A DNA stretch of 36,841 bases from Pedosphaera sp. (GCA_031414955.1 JANOQV010000266.1:1-36841); one strand, 5' to 3'; positions 6,581 through 18,475 are shown, counted from the first letter of the stretch. Notes: generated from the letters alone by a model not told the origin. A program made the numbers and translations.

Positions 6581-9500
6581 CTACCATTCAACTGCCACTT
6601 CGACTGTCGTCACTTTGCCGTAAACACTTAACCGGTTGGCCAACTGTGTCTTCAGTCGTCCAGCACGCGACAAATCTCCATCCAGAATTGCTTCCAGTAT
6701 TTCTCTTGTGGTCCGGATGTCGCCAGCAGGATCCAAGAGACCCGTGAGGAAACGCGAACCCACACTCCAATAGTCCAACTGAATGGTGATGCCGACCCCC
6801 ACGTGCTTACCCATTTGAACGACGAGGCTCTGTACCTTGTTGACAAAGATGTTTAGGTCAATTCCATGAATTACGGCCATGACAACTCCGAAAAACGGCA
6901 CTTGGGCGAGCAAAGGGCGTAGCGGTCCCATTTTCGCAATTTCTTCTTGGAGTTCAGCGGCTTTGGTAGCCAGTTCCATCACCTTGGCCGATAGCGTCTG
7001 CGCCGACTGAAACGGCAAGCGATTCAACGTGTTGGATAAAGCAATCAATTCATCGACTGATGGTTCAAGCAAGATTTTGGCTTGAACATTGAAGTATAGT
7101 CCCACCGCTGCGCCAAAGGCTGCCCGTTGAACAATGGCCACTGTGGTGTAGTACGCGGTGAGGCGTTGCATGGCGAAGCCTGCGATTGTGCGAGCTGCGA
7201 CCGCGAACGATGTCTGGGTCAAGAAGCTTCGCCCACTCGGATCAATGCAGTTGACCGGGTTGTTCCCGCAGTAGGTGTATTTGTGCAGGCTCGTCGGGTC
7301 GCTGCCGAAGCCCTCGAAGCTGTCCATGCTCCAGAAGCGGCCCGTGCTGGGATTGGCGTAACGGGCTCGCAGGTAGTAGAGGCCGAGGTCGGAGTCAAAC
7401 TGCTCGCCGGTGAACAGGTAGTGGTTCGGCGTGCTGCCGGTGCGGGCGGTCAAATTGCCGAAAGCGTCGTAGTCGTAGGTGTCGGTCACGAAGCCGAGAT
7501 GATCAGTGAGGAAGCGCACGCTGCCGTGGCCGTCCGTGCCGTAGTAGCTCACGCCCCAACTGCTGCCGAGCATTTGATCCTGGCTGAGGAGCGCGTGGCC
7601 GTAGGCGTACACGCGCGTCACCACCGCCGGTTGCGCGTTGCTGCTGGTGAGTTCTTCCAGCACTTGGGCGTAACCGGTCGGGTTCACGGTGTCCACGAGG
7701 TAGAGGGTGGTCACACCGTTGACGGTCTTGCGCACGCGGTTGCCGTCACCGTCGTACACGATCTGCACCTGGCTGCTGTTGCGGTTCACCAGGCGGTTCT
7801 CGAAGTCGTAGCGGTCAACCGCCTGCGGCGTGTTGGGAACAATGCGCCCGACCGTGGTGTTGCCGTTGGCGTCGTAGGTGTCGGTGGTCAGCCGATCGTT
7901 CAAGTCGAACGAGGAGAGCGCGGACTGGATGTTCGCCAGCGTCGAGGCGAGCGAAAGGCGGTTGCCCACTTTGTCGTAGCTGTAATCGAGTGTTGCAGGA
8001 CTCGCGTAGCTCGTCCCTCCAATCGTTTCGTTCGTGAGGCGATACAAACGGTCGTAGCCGTAGAAGCGGTTGATGGTTGTTGGTTGAGGGTTGAGAGAGT
8101 CGCGCACGATCGTCTCAGTCGCACTGAGCCGGTTGCCCGCCGCGCCGAGCGCGTAGGCGTAGTTGGCGATGCCGGAGAGTCCCGCGCTCACGTTCAGGTT
8201 GGTGAGCCGGTTGAGCGCGCTGTATTCGTAGAAGTGGTTCACGCCGTTGGGCAGCGTGTAGCCGCGCAGGTTGCCCACCTCGTCGTAGGTGTAGCTGGTG
8301 CGGCCGGTGTGCGGATCGACCACCTCGTTCAAGCGGTTCAACTCGTCGTAGCCGTAGCGGAGCGCCACGCCGTTGGCGTTCGACGACTGGATGTTCGTCA
8401 CGCTGCCGTTGGCGTCGTAGGCGTAGAAGAGCGTCCCTTGCGGCGTGGCCTTCTCGATGAGCCGGTTGCGCTGGTCGTAGCGGTAAGTGGTCACGCCGCT
8501 CGCATCCACCATGTTCGTGCGCAAACCCAGTTCGTTGTAGCCGATGGTGACGGACGGCTCGAAACGCCGCGGGTCAGGCGTCTTCTGCACCAGCCGGTTC
8601 ATCACGTCGTAAACGAACGCGGTGCGGTCGCCGTTGAAGTCCGTGCGGTTGGTCAGCAGCCCGTTGACGCTGTAGGCGTAAGTTTCAATTTGCGCACCGG
8701 GCAACGTGCGCTTCACACGCCGGCCTAGCGTGTCGTACTCGAAACTCGTGGCGTGATCGTTGGCGTCGATCTGCCGGAGCTGCTGGCCCAGCTCGTTGTA
8801 TTCGTAGCGCGTCACGTCGCCGTGCGCGTTGGTCACCGAGGTCAGCCGCCCGAGCGCATCGTAGTCGAAGAAGCTCGTGATGCCCGCCTGATCCGTTTCC
8901 GCCATGCGCCGGCCCAGCGCGTCATAAGCCGTGCGCTGCGTGGTGCCGTCGGCGAAGACGGTGTTGGTCCGCCGGTTCAGCGCGTCGTACTGGAACGTGT
9001 TCACGCGGCCCAGCGCGTCGAGGGTCTGCACGAGATTGCCCGCCTCGTCATAGAAGCTGCGGCTCACCTGGCCGAGCGCGTTCGTCATCGCGACTGTGCG
9101 GCCCGCCGCGTCGTAACCGTAGAAGCTGCTCCGGCCGCGCGCGTCCGTGGAAGCAATCACCTGCCCGGCGAGATCGAAATAATTCGTCGCGCTCGTGCCG
9201 TCGGAGTAAATGGTGCGGAACAGCCGCCCCACCGCGTCGTATTCGAACTGCGTGACCTGCCCCAGCTTGTTGGTGCTGGCGACACGCCGGCCTTCCGCGT
9301 CGTAAGCTCTCGATTCACTCGAGCCGTCCGGCGCGACGCTGCGAGCCACGCGCCCGAACTCGTCGTAGTCAAACGACATCACGCGCCCGATCTGATCGAT
9401 GGTCGCGGCGGCCTTGCCGATGGCGTTGTAGATCGTCCGTACGGAAGATCCATCGGGGAGAATCGAGTTCGTCAGCCGGCTCTGCGAGTCGTAGCGGAAC

Positions 9501-12500
9501 AACACCGAAAGCGTTTCCAAGCCGGTCGATGTCGTGCACGTCGTGCTTTGGGTCAGCAGGTTTTCGTTCGTGTCGCGTTGGAACGTCGTCTCGTGGCCAG
9601 CCGAATCGATTTCCTTCTGCACTCGCCCTTGGCCGTCGTATTCGAACCGGGTGACGAACCCCAGCGTGTTGGTCATCGCCATCGGCTGGCCCTGCTCGCT
9701 GTACACAAACGTCGTCACGTTCCCCAACGGATCGCGCATCGACGTCAGGTTGCCTTTCTGGTCGTAAACATTCGTGATGGTGTTCCCGCGCGCGTCGGTC
9801 GCGCTGGTCACGCGGCGCAGATCGTTGTAGGTCACGCGCGTGGTGTGGCCGAGCGCGTCGGTCACGCTCGTGCGGTTGTCCCTGGCGTCGTAGGTGAACG
9901 AGTTCGTGCGGCCCAGCGGATCGATGGTCAGGAGCAGGTTGTCGTTGTCGTCGTAAGCGGAACTCGTGACCACGCCATTCGCGTCCGTGACCTTCGCCAC
10001 GTTGCCCCGCTCGTCGTATTCACTGATCGTCACGAAGCCGAGGCGGTTCGTGATAATCTCCAGCCGGTTGTTGATGTCGTGCGCGTAATCGATCTGCCGC
10101 CCGTTGGCGTCGATGTGCCGCACCAGTCGTCCACTGTCGTCGTATTCGTTGCGCACGGCTTCGATCCCCCGCGCATCGGCGATGCCAAGCAACCCGTGCC
10201 GCCCGTCGTAGGTGAACCCGTTCGTATTCCCCTCGCGATCCGTGAACGTGGCCAGGTTGCCGTTCGTGTCGTAGCGGTAGGTCATGGCGTGGCCCAGCGC
10301 ATCGACGATGTTCGTGATGCGGCCCTGCGCGTCGCGCTGGAACTGCACGGCGAGCGTGGTGCTGTTGGCGGCATTGGTCCACGTCAGCCCGTTGGCATTG
10401 ACGACCAACGTGTTGCCGTTCGGATCGGTCAGGCTCCGCAACCCGTTCGTCTCGCTGATCAAATACGTGTAGCCCTCCAGCGTGCGGAACTCGAACAGGT
10501 CCGGGTTGTAGAGAATGTTGTCCGCCGGGCCGGGCGGCGGATCGAGCAGCAGTTCCCAACTGATGAAGTCCGCCCGCCCCGGCACCTCGCCGCCCCAGAC
10601 CAGTTGATCGTCCACGAGTCGGCCGCCTGCGCCGTCAAACCTCACCGGCGTCAGCGTGCCGCGCGTGTTGGCCAGCGGCGTGTAGCTCATCCGCGGATAA
10701 ATCAGCGGCACGCCGAACTGGCAGGCCGGCCCGGGCGAGGCTTGAAACTTGTAAACCTTGTTGTCCGGGAAGCTGATGGTGACGACGCGAGGTTTGATCG
10801 TGTCGATGCAGTAACTCGGAAAGAGTCCGCCGCTGGAACTCTGGTCCCACGCTTTGCCGAGGTTCCGGTTCTTTTGCAGCCGGATGTTCTTGAGGTCGAG
10901 CGTCCACCCCACGCCGAAATCCCCTTCGCGCTTGTCGCGTGAGTCATAGGTGCGGATGACCTGGATCGGAATGCCGGCGACGGGAATGGTCAGGTCGTTA
11001 AACGAGAGCGTGAAGTTCCCCACCTTCATGTTGCGGTCCACGACCACGAAAATGTTCGTGGTCGAGGTGCGCCCCACGAGATCCGTGGCGGTGAGTTGCA
11101 GTTCGTAAGTGCCGTTGAGCAGCAGGGTGGGATCGAGCGTGCCGAGCGGGGCGGCAGTGACAGCGGTGTGCCCGGTGGCGAGCGTCAGCCAATTGAACCC
11201 GGCCACCTCACCCTGGCCCTCTCCCCCGGCGGAGAGGGAATCGGGCGGCGGAGCCAGCCGGTATTGAAGCGAATAAGAACTGAGCACCGGGCTTTCCACC
11301 GTGCCGATGATGTTGCTCGGGAAGGTCACGGCCTGGCCGTCGCCGGGCGTGACGATGGCGACCACCGGTGCGTCGGGCGATTCATACGCCGTCATCACCA
11401 CGTCATCCGTGCTGCTCAGGCTGCCGTCGTCCGCCGTGAGTCGCAGCACATACTCGCCGGGTGCGCTGAAGGTGGCGCGATACTCGCCGTTCAACGTGCT
11501 GAAATAGGCGACCCCCGGCCCGCTCACCTGCGTCCAGAAGACGTCGAGCAGCCCGTCCTCCAACCCGTCATCGATGGCTTCGGTGTGGAGCGTGGCGGCG
11601 TTGGGCAGCGCGGCAATCTGATCCGCCCCGGCGAAAACAATCGGGGGCGAGTTGGTCCCCGGCCGCACCGTCACGATCAGCGTGTCGCTGTCCGTGAGCA
11701 ACGCATCGCTGACGGTCACGCGCAGCACGTAGGTGCCGGTGGAACTGAAGTTCGCGGACGAAGTGATGAAGTTGTTGGAAATGTTCCCGCTGGCCGGGGA
11801 GAAAGTGACGGCACCCGGCCCGCTCGCCACCGACCAGGCGAAGGTCTTACCGCCCACGCCGGGCAGCGCATCATCGAAGAAGGCCGCTTCCAGCAAGGCC
11901 GGCGCGGGCCGCACCACTTCGAGGTCGGGACCGGTCGTGACCAAGGGCGGCTGGTTGGTCGGCGCGGCGACGGTGATGCTGACTTCATCGGCCCCGGCGA
12001 GGCGGCCATCGCTGCCCACCAGGCGCAGCACATAGCTGCCGGGCACGTAGAACTTCACCGCGGTGTCGGCCGCGGCGGCGTTCGCGAAATAGACATTGGC
12101 CGGACCGGAAACCCTGAACCACGAGGCAAAGACCGTGCCCTGCGGCTGGCCGTCATCGGTGATGGTTCCGTGCAGCGGGGTGTTCGCAAAGGCGGTGGCG
12201 GCGAAGTCCGGCCCGCCGTTGACCATGGGCGGCTGGTTGCCATCGGGTGCCGGCGGGGTGCCGGCGGTGGCGGTGAAGCTGTATTCGTTGGCGTAGCTGA
12301 GTTCGCCGTCGTTCACCTCCACCCGGACGCGATAGGCACCGGGCACGGTGGCCAGAGCCTGGGCGACGGCGGAAGTGGGATTGAAGAACCAGAGCGGCGC
12401 CGGACCCGAGACCTGACTCCACAAGACGTTCGTCACCCCGAAGGGGCGCCCGTCATCGCGCAGGTCATGCGCGGTCAGGGTCGTGAGCTGCCCGACCGGC

Positions 12501-15500
12501 AGGACTTCGGGCAAGGCCCGCGCCACGGCATTGGGCGCGAAGTTGTTGTTCGCGAGGACGATGATGACCACGTCGTCGAAACTGGTAAAGTGGGAGTCGT
12601 TCGCGGTCAGGCGCAGCAGGTAAGTGCCGTTCACGCTGAAACTCACGCTGCTGTTGGTGCTGAGCGGATTGCCGAACGTCACGGTGCCCGGCCCGGTGAC
12701 CACGGACCACACGTAAGGCACATCGGCTCCGGGCGGGTAGCCGTCATCCGCCACGCTGCCCTGCAACAACGTCGTGGCGTTGAGATCGATGACTTGGTCG
12801 GGGCCGGCACTGACCAACGGCGGCTGATTGCCTTGCACCACAACCGTTACTTCATCAAGCGCGGTGAGTTCGGAATCGTCCGCCGTCAGCCGCAGGACAT
12901 AGGTGCCGAGTTGATCGAACGTCGCCGTGGTGCCTGCCGTGTGGATGTTTTCGAACGTCACATTCCCCGGCCCGCCGGCTTTCGACCAAGTGACCGAGAG
13001 CGTGGCATTGGGCGGCAACCCGTCGTCCGTCACCCGGCCGTCGAGCGTCACGCCGTGGCCGGGCGGCGTGGCGAACTCCCACAAGGCGATGTTAGTGGCG
13101 CTGGCGTATCCGGCCTTGAACTCGCCGCCCACGTAAATTCCGTTCGGAGCGGCGGCCAGGGAGTGGACCGTACCCGAGCCGACGGACCCGTTGAAACTGA
13201 TGACGCCGTTGCTGACCCCGGAGCCGGAGCCGAGCGCCGACCAGAATCGCCCGTTCCATTTCGCAATCTTATTGGCCGCGAAACCTCCCGCCGTGGTGAA
13301 CGCTCCGCCCGTGTAGAGGTCGGAGCCGCTGAAGGCGAGCGCGTAAGCAGTGCCGTTCAAACCCACGTCCAGCGGCGTCCAGTTCGTCCCGTCCCAGCGC
13401 GCGATCCGGTTCGCGGGCAGGCCGCCGGCCAGGGTGAAGCTGCCGGCGGCGTAGAGGTGGCCGTCCGGACCAATGGCCAGGGCGGACACCTCCACCGTGC
13501 AACCCACTCCGCTGCAACTGAGTCCCGCGCCCAGGCGCATCCAGTTCGTGCCATCCCACCGCGCGATGTTGTTCGCCACGCCGTCCGCCACGTTGTTCAT
13601 GAAGGTGCCGCCGGCATAGACGTAACGGTTCGAGGCCACCGCGATGGAAGCCACCGCCCCGCTGATGCCGTCGCCCAGGAGCGACCAGTTGGTGCCGTCC
13701 CATTTGGCGATGCCGTGGGAGACGGGCAAGCCAGGCAGGACGTTGGAATCGCCACGGTCAGTGTAAGTGCCATTGGTCGCCTGCACGTCCATGTAAGCGC
13801 CGAAGTAAACAGCGTTCGACACCGCCGCCACGGCGCGAGCGCCCCCCCGTTGCAGGCGTTGTGGTCCCCACACCATCCAGTTGCTGCCGGTGAATCGCGC
13901 CATGCTGTCCAGGCCGCCATCCAGGTTAAAATCGCGCAACCGGCTGCCGAGCACGAAAAGCTCCTGGCCACGCGCCGCCTGCTGGATAACGCGACCGGTC
14001 GAATCATTGGGCACGAAGCCGGCGATGTCCGTCGAGCCGGGCGGCGTGGGCAAGTTGCCATCGCGCACCCCGCTCCACGTCGTTCCGTCCCAGCGCCCCA
14101 GCGTCCAGACCCGCAGGCCGCCCGCGTTGTAAAAGACGCCGGCCACGAAAAGATTCGTGCCGGAGAACGCCAGGCCGTCGCGCGTGACCAGCGGCGTGGC
14201 CGCGCCCACCTGGTTGTGAACCAGCGACAAGCCGGGCTGGCTGATGGCGGGGTTCCACTGGTCCGACCGGAAGCCGGAGGTGAACAGCGCCTCGCTCAAC
14301 GACCAGTTCCCGTAGGCACCTCCCGCCAAAACGGCGGGATCGGGAATGGTCAGGGTCTGGTCGGGTCCGGCCTCCACGACCGGCGGCTGGTTGAACGGAT
14401 AGACGGTCACGGAAATCTCGTGGCTGGCCGTGAGGACTGAATCGCTGGCGGTCAGGCGCAGCACGTAGGTGCCGATCAGGTCAAAAGTGGCGGTCGTCGC
14501 CAGGCTCGTGGCGCTGGCGAACGCGACACCGCCCGGTCCCGAGACCTTCGTCCAGAGCAGCGCCAGCGAACTGTTTCGCGGGAGGCCGTCGTCCTCCGCA
14601 AACGCCGCCAGCGCCAGCGCATTGGTCAGCCCGATGACCTTGTCCCCGCCCGCGTTCACGGTGGGCGCGGCATTCATGCCCTCGCTCTTCACGACGAAAG
14701 TCACATCCGAATAATTGGTCAACTGCGTGTCATGGGCCCAGAGGCGCAGGATGTAATTACCCGGCGCGCTGAAGCTGACCGTGGTGTTGTTGGTGACCGG
14801 CCCGGCAAACGCCACTTCGCCCGGACCCATGACTTTCTCCCAATAGGCCGTGACCGCCGCGCCAGCCGGCAGCCCGTCGTCCATCACCACGCCGGCGAGC
14901 AGAACGGAGTCCGGGAGGAAGACGAGGCGGTTTTGTCCGGCGGACACGAAGGGCGCCTCGTTGGCATCGGCCACCGCGATGACCACGTTCTCCGCCGCCG
15001 AACCTGGGCCGCCCACGCCGGTGCTTCCGCCGTCCTGGACCAGAAGGGACAGATCGTCCCGGCCATAAAAATTCGTGGCGGGCACATAGAAGAGGGTGGC
15101 CAGCGCCGCGTTCAGCGCCGGCACTGGCCCGAGGAGGGTGAGTGCGTTCACACTGGTTGCGGCCAAAGTGAGGCCATTCGTCGTCGTCACGCCGATGGTG
15201 CCATTCGTCACGGCCAGGGACATGGTCAGGGCCGCGTTTCCGGCGTCCACATCGGCCACGCTGATGAGGTTGGTTTGCTCGAAGAGGAATGGCTCGTCCT
15301 CCCGGGCGAACACCAGTCCAGGCGTGGTGACCACGGGCGCATCATTCACCGGACTGACTTCGATGGAGATTAAGGCGGGTGCGGAAGCGAGCAACCCGTC
15401 GCTCGCGGTGAAGGTGAACGAGTCGGGGCCGAAATAATTCGGGGCCGGAGTGTAAGCCAGGTTTGGTGGCGTGCCTCTCAAGGTGCCGTGCGCGGGGGAA

Positions 15501-18142
15501 GTCGCGACGGCGAAGGTCAGCGGGTCGCCGTCCACATCGCTGCCGGTGAGGGTGAGGTTCACACTCGCGTCTTCGATCGTGAAGGCCAATCCGGGCGTTG
15601 CCCCCGGCGCATCGTTCACCGGGTTGATCGTGATGGTGAAGGTCGCGGGGGCGGAGGTGTTTGTTCCGTCGAAGGCCGTGAAGGTGAACGTATCCGTGCC
15701 ATGGAAATCCGGCGCGGGAGTGTAGGTGAAGTTGGGCGAGGTGCCGGTGAGCGTGCCGTGCTGGGGCAAGGTGAGGTTCGTGAAGGTGAGCGTGTCGTTC
15801 TCCACGTCGGCGCCGGTGAGCGTGAGGTTCACGGCGGTATCCTCGTCGGTCGTGGCGCCGGCGTCCGCCACCGTCGGCGCGTCGTTCACCGGTGCCACGG
15901 TGATGGAAACGGTGACGGGAGTGGAAGAGGTCGCGCCATTGCGGGCGATGTAATCGAAGCTGTCCGCGCCGAAGAAGTTCGTGTGCGGCGTGTAAATCAG
16001 GTCGGGTGGTGTGCCACTGATCGTGCCGTGCAATGGATCACTCACGCGCTCAAAGCTCAGCGCATCACCATCCACGTCGCTGCCGGTCAGAGTGATCGTC
16101 CCAAACGCGTCTTCGGCCACGCTGATGTTCTTCGCATCCGCCACCGGCGCGTCATTCACGGGTGTGATGCTGAGACTGACGGATGCGACCGCGGACGTGA
16201 GCGCGCCATCGCTGACCTGGAAGGTAAAGCTGTCCGGGCCGAAATAGTCGGCAGCCGGCGAATAGACGAGGTTCGGGCCGCTCAGGCTCCAGGTGCCGTG
16301 CGCGGGCGGGGTCACGACGGAATAGTTCAGCGCGCTGCTGTCCACATCCGTTGCGCTCAGCACGAGATTGGTCGCCGAATCCTCGCTCGTCTCGAAGGCC
16401 GCATCCGGCGCGTTCGGCGCGTCGTTCACCGGGCGCACCGTGAGGCTGACCGTGGCCGGCTCGGAGTTGGTCGTCGCGTCGCTCACGCGGAAGGTGAAGC
16501 TGTCCGGTCCGCTGTAGTTGTTCGTGGGCAGGTAGGTCAGAAAGGGCGGCGTCCCGCTCAAGGTGCCGTGGGCAGGCTGGGTCAGGACTTCGTAGTTGAG
16601 CGGATCAAATTCCGGGTCTTCGCCCGTCAGGAGAATGTCCCTCGCCGTGTCCTCATCCGTGCTCACGGTCTGGTGATCGGCCACCGGCCGATCATTCACT
16701 GGCACGACGCTGATCGAGACGAGCGCAGGCAGTGAATCGAGCGCGCCGTCGTTGACCTTGAAGGTAAAGCTGTCCGGGCCGCAGTAATCGTTCGTCGGCA
16801 CGTAGGTCAGGTCCGGCGGCGTCCCCTCCAGCGCGCCGTGTTGAGGCCAATCGACGATGGTGAAGGTCAACGGGCTTCCCTCCACATCGGTGCCGACGAG
16901 GGTCAGAAATCCCGCCGTGTCCTCCGCCGTGCTGAAACTTTGCGGCTGGGCGACGGGTGCGTCGTTGACCGGCGTGATCGTGAACGAGACTGTGGCCGGA
17001 GCCGAGTCCTGGACGCCGTCGTTGACTTTGAAGGTGAACGAGTCTGATCCGTTCTTATTGGTATCGGGATGATAAACCAGGTTCGGCGCCGTGCCGGACA
17101 ACGTGCCCAACGTCGGCTGGGTCAGGACTTCGTAGTTGAGCGCGGCGCCTTCGGGATCGGTTCCGGCCAACGTCACGGCCAGGGAGTTGTCCTCGGCCAC
17201 GGTTTGATCCTGTGCGTTCGCGACGGGCGCCTGATTGGCCGGGCCGCCGCCGGCCGCATTGATGCAACTGCCGCCATTCACCGTGAGCCGATCGCTCTGC
17301 ACCAGACCGTAGAGACAACTGGTGCCGGTGATAACCACCGTGCCGGCTGGCGCGGTAACCGTGCCGTAGATCGTGCTGTTGCCGTGAATGGTCAGGCCGC
17401 CACTGGCAATCTGGAGTTGCAGCGCAGAGGACGCGCTGCCAACCACCACACCACCACCAATGGAAAATCCGGAGGCCACCGTGAGCAACACTGGGCCGGC
17501 GAGCACGATAGAACTCTGGTCCTTCACGTCGAGGTTCTGGAGGTTGTAAATCGCGGGCGTGGTCGCACCGGCGACGCCGAGCACCAGCGAGCCGCCGCTC
17601 TTGACGGTGAAATCGCCGTAGGTGCCGGGCGGCACCGCGACCGGGCCGGTGCTGCCGTTCAAGGTCAGGTTGCGCAGCGTGGATGGATCACCGATCGACT
17701 GACCGGAACTCGTGAGAGTGACCGAGCGCGTGCCAGTCGGCGCGGGCGGCGGTGTCACGACGGGGAACGCCACCGGGTTGCTGCGCGTGCGCAAATAACG
17801 CAGCGCGATGTTGCCGTTCAGCTTCACCTGATAGCCGCCGGGTGAAACACCGCCGCTGCCCGGCACCATGCCGCCAAAAGTTGGATTGCCATTGATCACC
17901 ACGGCGGGTGAACCCGGCACGAATAAGTCGCCGGTGACGGTGAACCCGCCGTTCAACGACACGTTCTCCCCGAGCAACTGCTGCACGGAGCCGCCGATGA
18001 TTCCGTTGCCGTTCAGGTTCGGCGCATGGCGCACCACCGCCACGAGATTGGTCGGCTGCGCCCGAAGCGGTGCGGGGAGGAAAACGGCCAGACCGCAAGC
18101 CAGGGCAAAGAAAACGCGCAGAGTCCCGAAGGAGAATTTCAT
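6581..18142 (-). CDS. Giant secreted adhesin-Rhs polymorphic toxin (3853 aa)
   Basis: Domain order: Sec-type signal ([29 protein letters not shown]); Gly/Val/Thr-rich beta-solenoid-like domain; seven ~95-aa PVNDAP Ig/cadherin-like repeats plus one longer one; eight NxxP..AG..DDG PKD-like repeats; [10 protein letters not shown] propeller blades; YD repeats; Rhs core ending [10 protein letters not shown] (7232-7243); 216-aa C-terminal tip. Confidence 0.95.
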   Translation of the reverse strand: MKFSFGTLRVFFALACGLAVFLPAPLRAQPTNLVAVVRHAPNLNGNGIIGGSVQQLLGENVSLNGGFTVTGDLFVPGSPAVVINGNPTFGGMVPGSGGVSPGGYQVKLNGNIALRYLRTRSNPVAFPVVTPPPAPTGTRSVTLTSSGQSIGDPSTLRNLTLNGSTGPVAVPPGTYGDFTVKSGGSLVLGVAGATTPAIYNLQNLDVKDQSSIVLAGPVLLTVASGFSIGGGVVVGSASSALQLQIASGGLTIHGNSTIYGTVTAPAGTVVITGTSCLYGLVQSDRLTVNGGSCINAAGGGPANQAPVANAQDQTVAEDNSLAVTLAGTDPEGAALNYEVLTQPTLGTLSGTAPNLVYHPDTNKNGSDSFTFKVNDGVQDSAPATVSFTITPVNDAPVAQPQSFSTAEDTAGFLTLVGTDVEGSPLTFTIVDWPQHGALEGTPPDLTYVPTNDYCGPDSFTFKVNDGALDSLPALVSISVVPVNDRPVADHQTVSTDEDTARDILLTGEDPEFDPLNYEVLTQPAHGTLSGTPPFLTYLPTNNYSGPDSFTFRVSDATTNSEPATVSLTVRPVNDAPNAPDAAFETSEDSATNLVLSATDVDSSALNYSVVTPPAHGTWSLSGPNLVYSPAADYFGPDSFTFQVSDGALTSAVASVSLSITPVNDAPVADAKNISVAEDAFGTITLTGSDVDGDALSFERVSDPLHGTISGTPPDLIYTPHTNFFGADSFDYIARNGATSSTPVTVSITVAPVNDAPTVADAGATTDEDTAVNLTLTGADVENDTLTFTNLTLPQHGTLTGTSPNFTYTPAPDFHGTDTFTFTAFDGTNTSAPATFTITINPVNDAPGATPGLAFTIEDASVNLTLTGSDVDGDPLTFAVATSPAHGTLRGTPPNLAYTPAPNYFGPDSFTFTASDGLLASAPALISIEVSPVNDAPVVTTPGLVFAREDEPFLFEQTNLISVADVDAGNAALTMSLAVTNGTIGVTTTNGLTLAATSVNALTLLGPVPALNAALATLFYVPATNFYGRDDLSLLVQDGGSTGVGGPGSAAENVVIAVADANEAPFVSAGQNRLVFLPDSVLLAGVVMDDGLPAGAAVTAYWEKVMGPGEVAFAGPVTNNTTVSFSAPGNYILRLWAHDTQLTNYSDVTFVVKSEGMNAAPTVNAGGDKVIGLTNALALAAFAEDDGLPRNSSLALLWTKVSGPGGVAFASATSLATTATFDLIGTYVLRLTASDSVLTASHEISVTVYPFNQPPVVEAGPDQTLTIPDPAVLAGGAYGNWSLSEALFTSGFRSDQWNPAISQPGLSLVHNQVGAATPLVTRDGLAFSGTNLFVAGVFYNAGGLRVWTLGRWDGTTWSGVRDGNLPTPPGSTDIAGFVPNDSTGRVIQQAARGQELFVLGSRLRDFNLDGGLDSMARFTGSNWMVWGPQRLQRGGARAVAAVSNAVYFGAYMDVQATNGTYTDRGDSNVLPGLPVSHGIAKWDGTNWSLLGDGISGAVASIAVASNRYVYAGGTFMNNVADGVANNIARWDGTNWMRLGAGLSCSGVGCTVEVSALAIGPDGHLYAAGSFTLAGGLPANRIARWDGTNWTPLDVGLNGTAYALAFSGSDLYTGGAFTTAGGFAANKIAKWNGRFWSALGSGSGVSNGVISFNGSVGSGTVHSLAAAPNGIYVGGEFKAGYASATNIALWEFATPPGHGVTLDGRVTDDGLPPNATLSVTWSKAGGPGNVTFENIHTAGTTATFDQLGTYVLRLTADDSELTALDEVTVVVQGNQPPLVSAGPDQVIDLNATTLLQGSVADDGYPPGADVPYVWSVVTGPGTVTFGNPLSTNSSVSFSVNGTYLLRLTANDSHFTSFDDVVIIVLANNNFAPNAVARALPEVLPVGQLTTLTAHDLRDDGRPFGVTNVLWSQVSGPAPLWFFNPTSAVAQALATVPGAYRVRVEVNDGELSYANEYSFTATAGTPPAPDGNQPPMVNGGPDFAATAFANTPLHGTITDDGQPQGTVFASWFRVSGPANVYFANAAAADTAVKFYVPGSYVLRLVGSDGRLAGADEVSITVAAPTNQPPLVTTGPDLEVVRPAPALLEAAFFDDALPGVGGKTFAWSVASGPGAVTFSPASGNISNNFITSSANFSSTGTYVLRVTVSDALLTDSDTLIVTVRPGTNSPPIVFAGADQIAALPNAATLHTEAIDDGLEDGLLDVFWTQVSGPGVAYFSTLNGEYRATFSAPGEYVLRLTADDGSLSSTDDVVMTAYESPDAPVVAIVTPGDGQAVTFPSNIIGTVESPVLSSYSLQYRLAPPPDSLSAGGEGQGEVAGFNWLTLATGHTAVTAAPLGTLDPTLLLNGTYELQLTATDLVGRTSTTNIFVVVDRNMKVGNFTLSFNDLTIPVAGIPIQVIRTYDSRDKREGDFGVGWTLDLKNIRLQKNRNLGKAWDQSSSGGLFPSYCIDTIKPRVVTISFPDNKVYKFQASPGPACQFGVPLIYPRMSYTPLANTRGTLTPVRFDGAGGRLVDDQLVWGGEVPGRADFISWELLLDPPPGPADNILYNPDLFEFRTLEGYTYLISETNGLRSLTDPNGNTLVVNANGLTWTNAANSTTLAVQFQRDAQGRITNIVDALGHAMTYRYDTNGNLATFTDREGNTNGFTYDGRHGLLGIADARGIEAVRNEYDDSGRLVRHIDANGRQIDYAHDINNRLEIITNRLGFVTISEYDERGNVAKVTDANGVVTSSAYDDNDNLLLTIDPLGRTNSFTYDARDNRTSVTDALGHTTRVTYNDLRRVTSATDARGNTITNVYDQKGNLTSMRDPLGNVTTFVYSEQGQPMAMTNTLGFVTRFEYDGQGRVQKEIDSAGHETTFQRDTNENLLTQSTTCTTSTGLETLSVLFRYDSQSRLTNSILPDGSSVRTIYNAIGKAAATIDQIGRVMSFDYDEFGRVARSVAPDGSSESRAYDAEGRRVASTNKLGQVTQFEYDAVGRLFRTIYSDGTSATNYFDLAGQVIASTDARGRSSFYGYDAAGRTVAMTNALGQVSRSFYDEAGNLVQTLDALGRVNTFQYDALNRRTNTVFADGTTQRTAYDALGRRMAETDQAGITSFFDYDALGRLTSVTNAHGDVTRYEYNELGQQLRQIDANDHATSFEYDTLGRRVKRTLPGAQIETYAYSVNGLLTNRTDFNGDRTAFVYDVMNRLVQKTPDPRRFEPSVTIGYNELGLRTNMVDASGVTTYRYDQRNRLIEKATPQGTLFYAYDANGSVTNIQSSNANGVALRYGYDELNRLNEVVDPHTGRTSYTYDEVGNLRGYTLPNGVNHFYEYSALNRLTNLNVSAGLSGIANYAYALGAAGNRLSATETIVRDSLNPQPTTINRFYGYDRLYRLTNETIGGTSYASPATLDYSYDKVGNRLSLASTLANIQSALSSFDLNDRLTTDTYDANGNTTVGRIVPNTPQAVDRYDFENRLVNRNSSQVQIVYDGDGNRVRKTVNGVTTLYLVDTVNPTGYAQVLEELTSSNAQPAVVTRVYAYGHALLSQDQMLGSSWGVSYYGTDGHGSVRFLTDHLGFVTDTYDYDAFGNLTARTGSTPNHYLFTGEQFDSDLGLYYLRARYANPSTGRFWSMDSFEGFGSDPTSLHKYTYCGNNPVNCIDPSGRSFLTQTSFAVAARTIAGFAMQRLTAYYTTVAIVQRAAFGAAVGLYFNVQAKILLEPSVDELIALSNTLNRLPFQSAQTLSAKVMELATKAAELQEEIAKMGPLRPLLAQVPFFGVVMAVIHGIDLNIFVNKVQSLVVQMGKHVGVGITIQLDYWSVGSRFLTGLLDPAGDIRTTREILEAILDGDLSRAGRLKTQLANRLSVYGKVTTVEVAVEW
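8068..8095. repeat. Degenerate heptamer tandem repeat inside the giant Rhs CDS
   Basis: ggttgat ggttgtt ggttgag ggttgag, encoding LNPQPTTIN. Confidence 0.75.
11206..11239. repeat. REP-like palindrome translated in frame inside the giant Rhs gene
   Basis: cctcaccctggccctctcc-cccggc-ggagaggga has an 8-bp stem (11217-11224 / 11231-11238). It matches the widespread intergenic CCTCACCCnnnCCCTCTCCn(x)GGAGAGGG repeat pattern and encodes [12 protein letters not shown]. Confidence 0.75.
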
Positions 18143-18433
18143 GTTGGCAAGAATTTGTTGGTGACTGCGGTGTGCTGATCCGGCCCCTGGCTCCGCCAGC
18201 CCAGAAGGGCCACGCGACGTTCCCCGCTCCGCAATCCAATGATCGGAAACAGACGTATGCTTTGCCCCTTGTGGGAGACAAGAAAAACTTATTCACAGCC
18301 ATTCACAAGACCCGAAAGTCCGCTCCTTCTCTGCGATCCAAGTTGCGGGCGGCACGCCGACGCATTCATGGCGCAGCGATAACTTCCCGCGCTCCTGAGG
18401 AACGCGATTTCATTCTCCACCTCGCAAATTATT

Positions 18434-18462
18434 TTGAACCCGGCCCGCCCCGCCCCTACCGT
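18434..18462 (+). promoter_or_regulatory. Putative sigma70-type promoter of trxB
   Basis: TTGAAC - 17 bp - TACCGT, 13 nt before the ATG. Motif match only. Confidence 0.4.
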
Positions 18463-18475
18463 CCCGGCCTTGATT

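Noticed and set aside
5480..10988. The 132-bp repeat pair as a diversity-generating retroelement TR/VR
   Set aside because: The five mismatches are not adenine-specific (two are G/C), the copies are not at a gene 3' end, and no reverse transcriptase is present.
2746..17845. Long plus-strand ORFs opposite the Rhs genes (e.g. 11096..14440, 8753..10942, 7127..8728, 2746..4149, 15488..16735)
   Set aside because: These are antisense shadows of high-GC coding sequence: Arg/Val/Ala/Gly-rich, no motifs, and fully overlapping well-supported genes.
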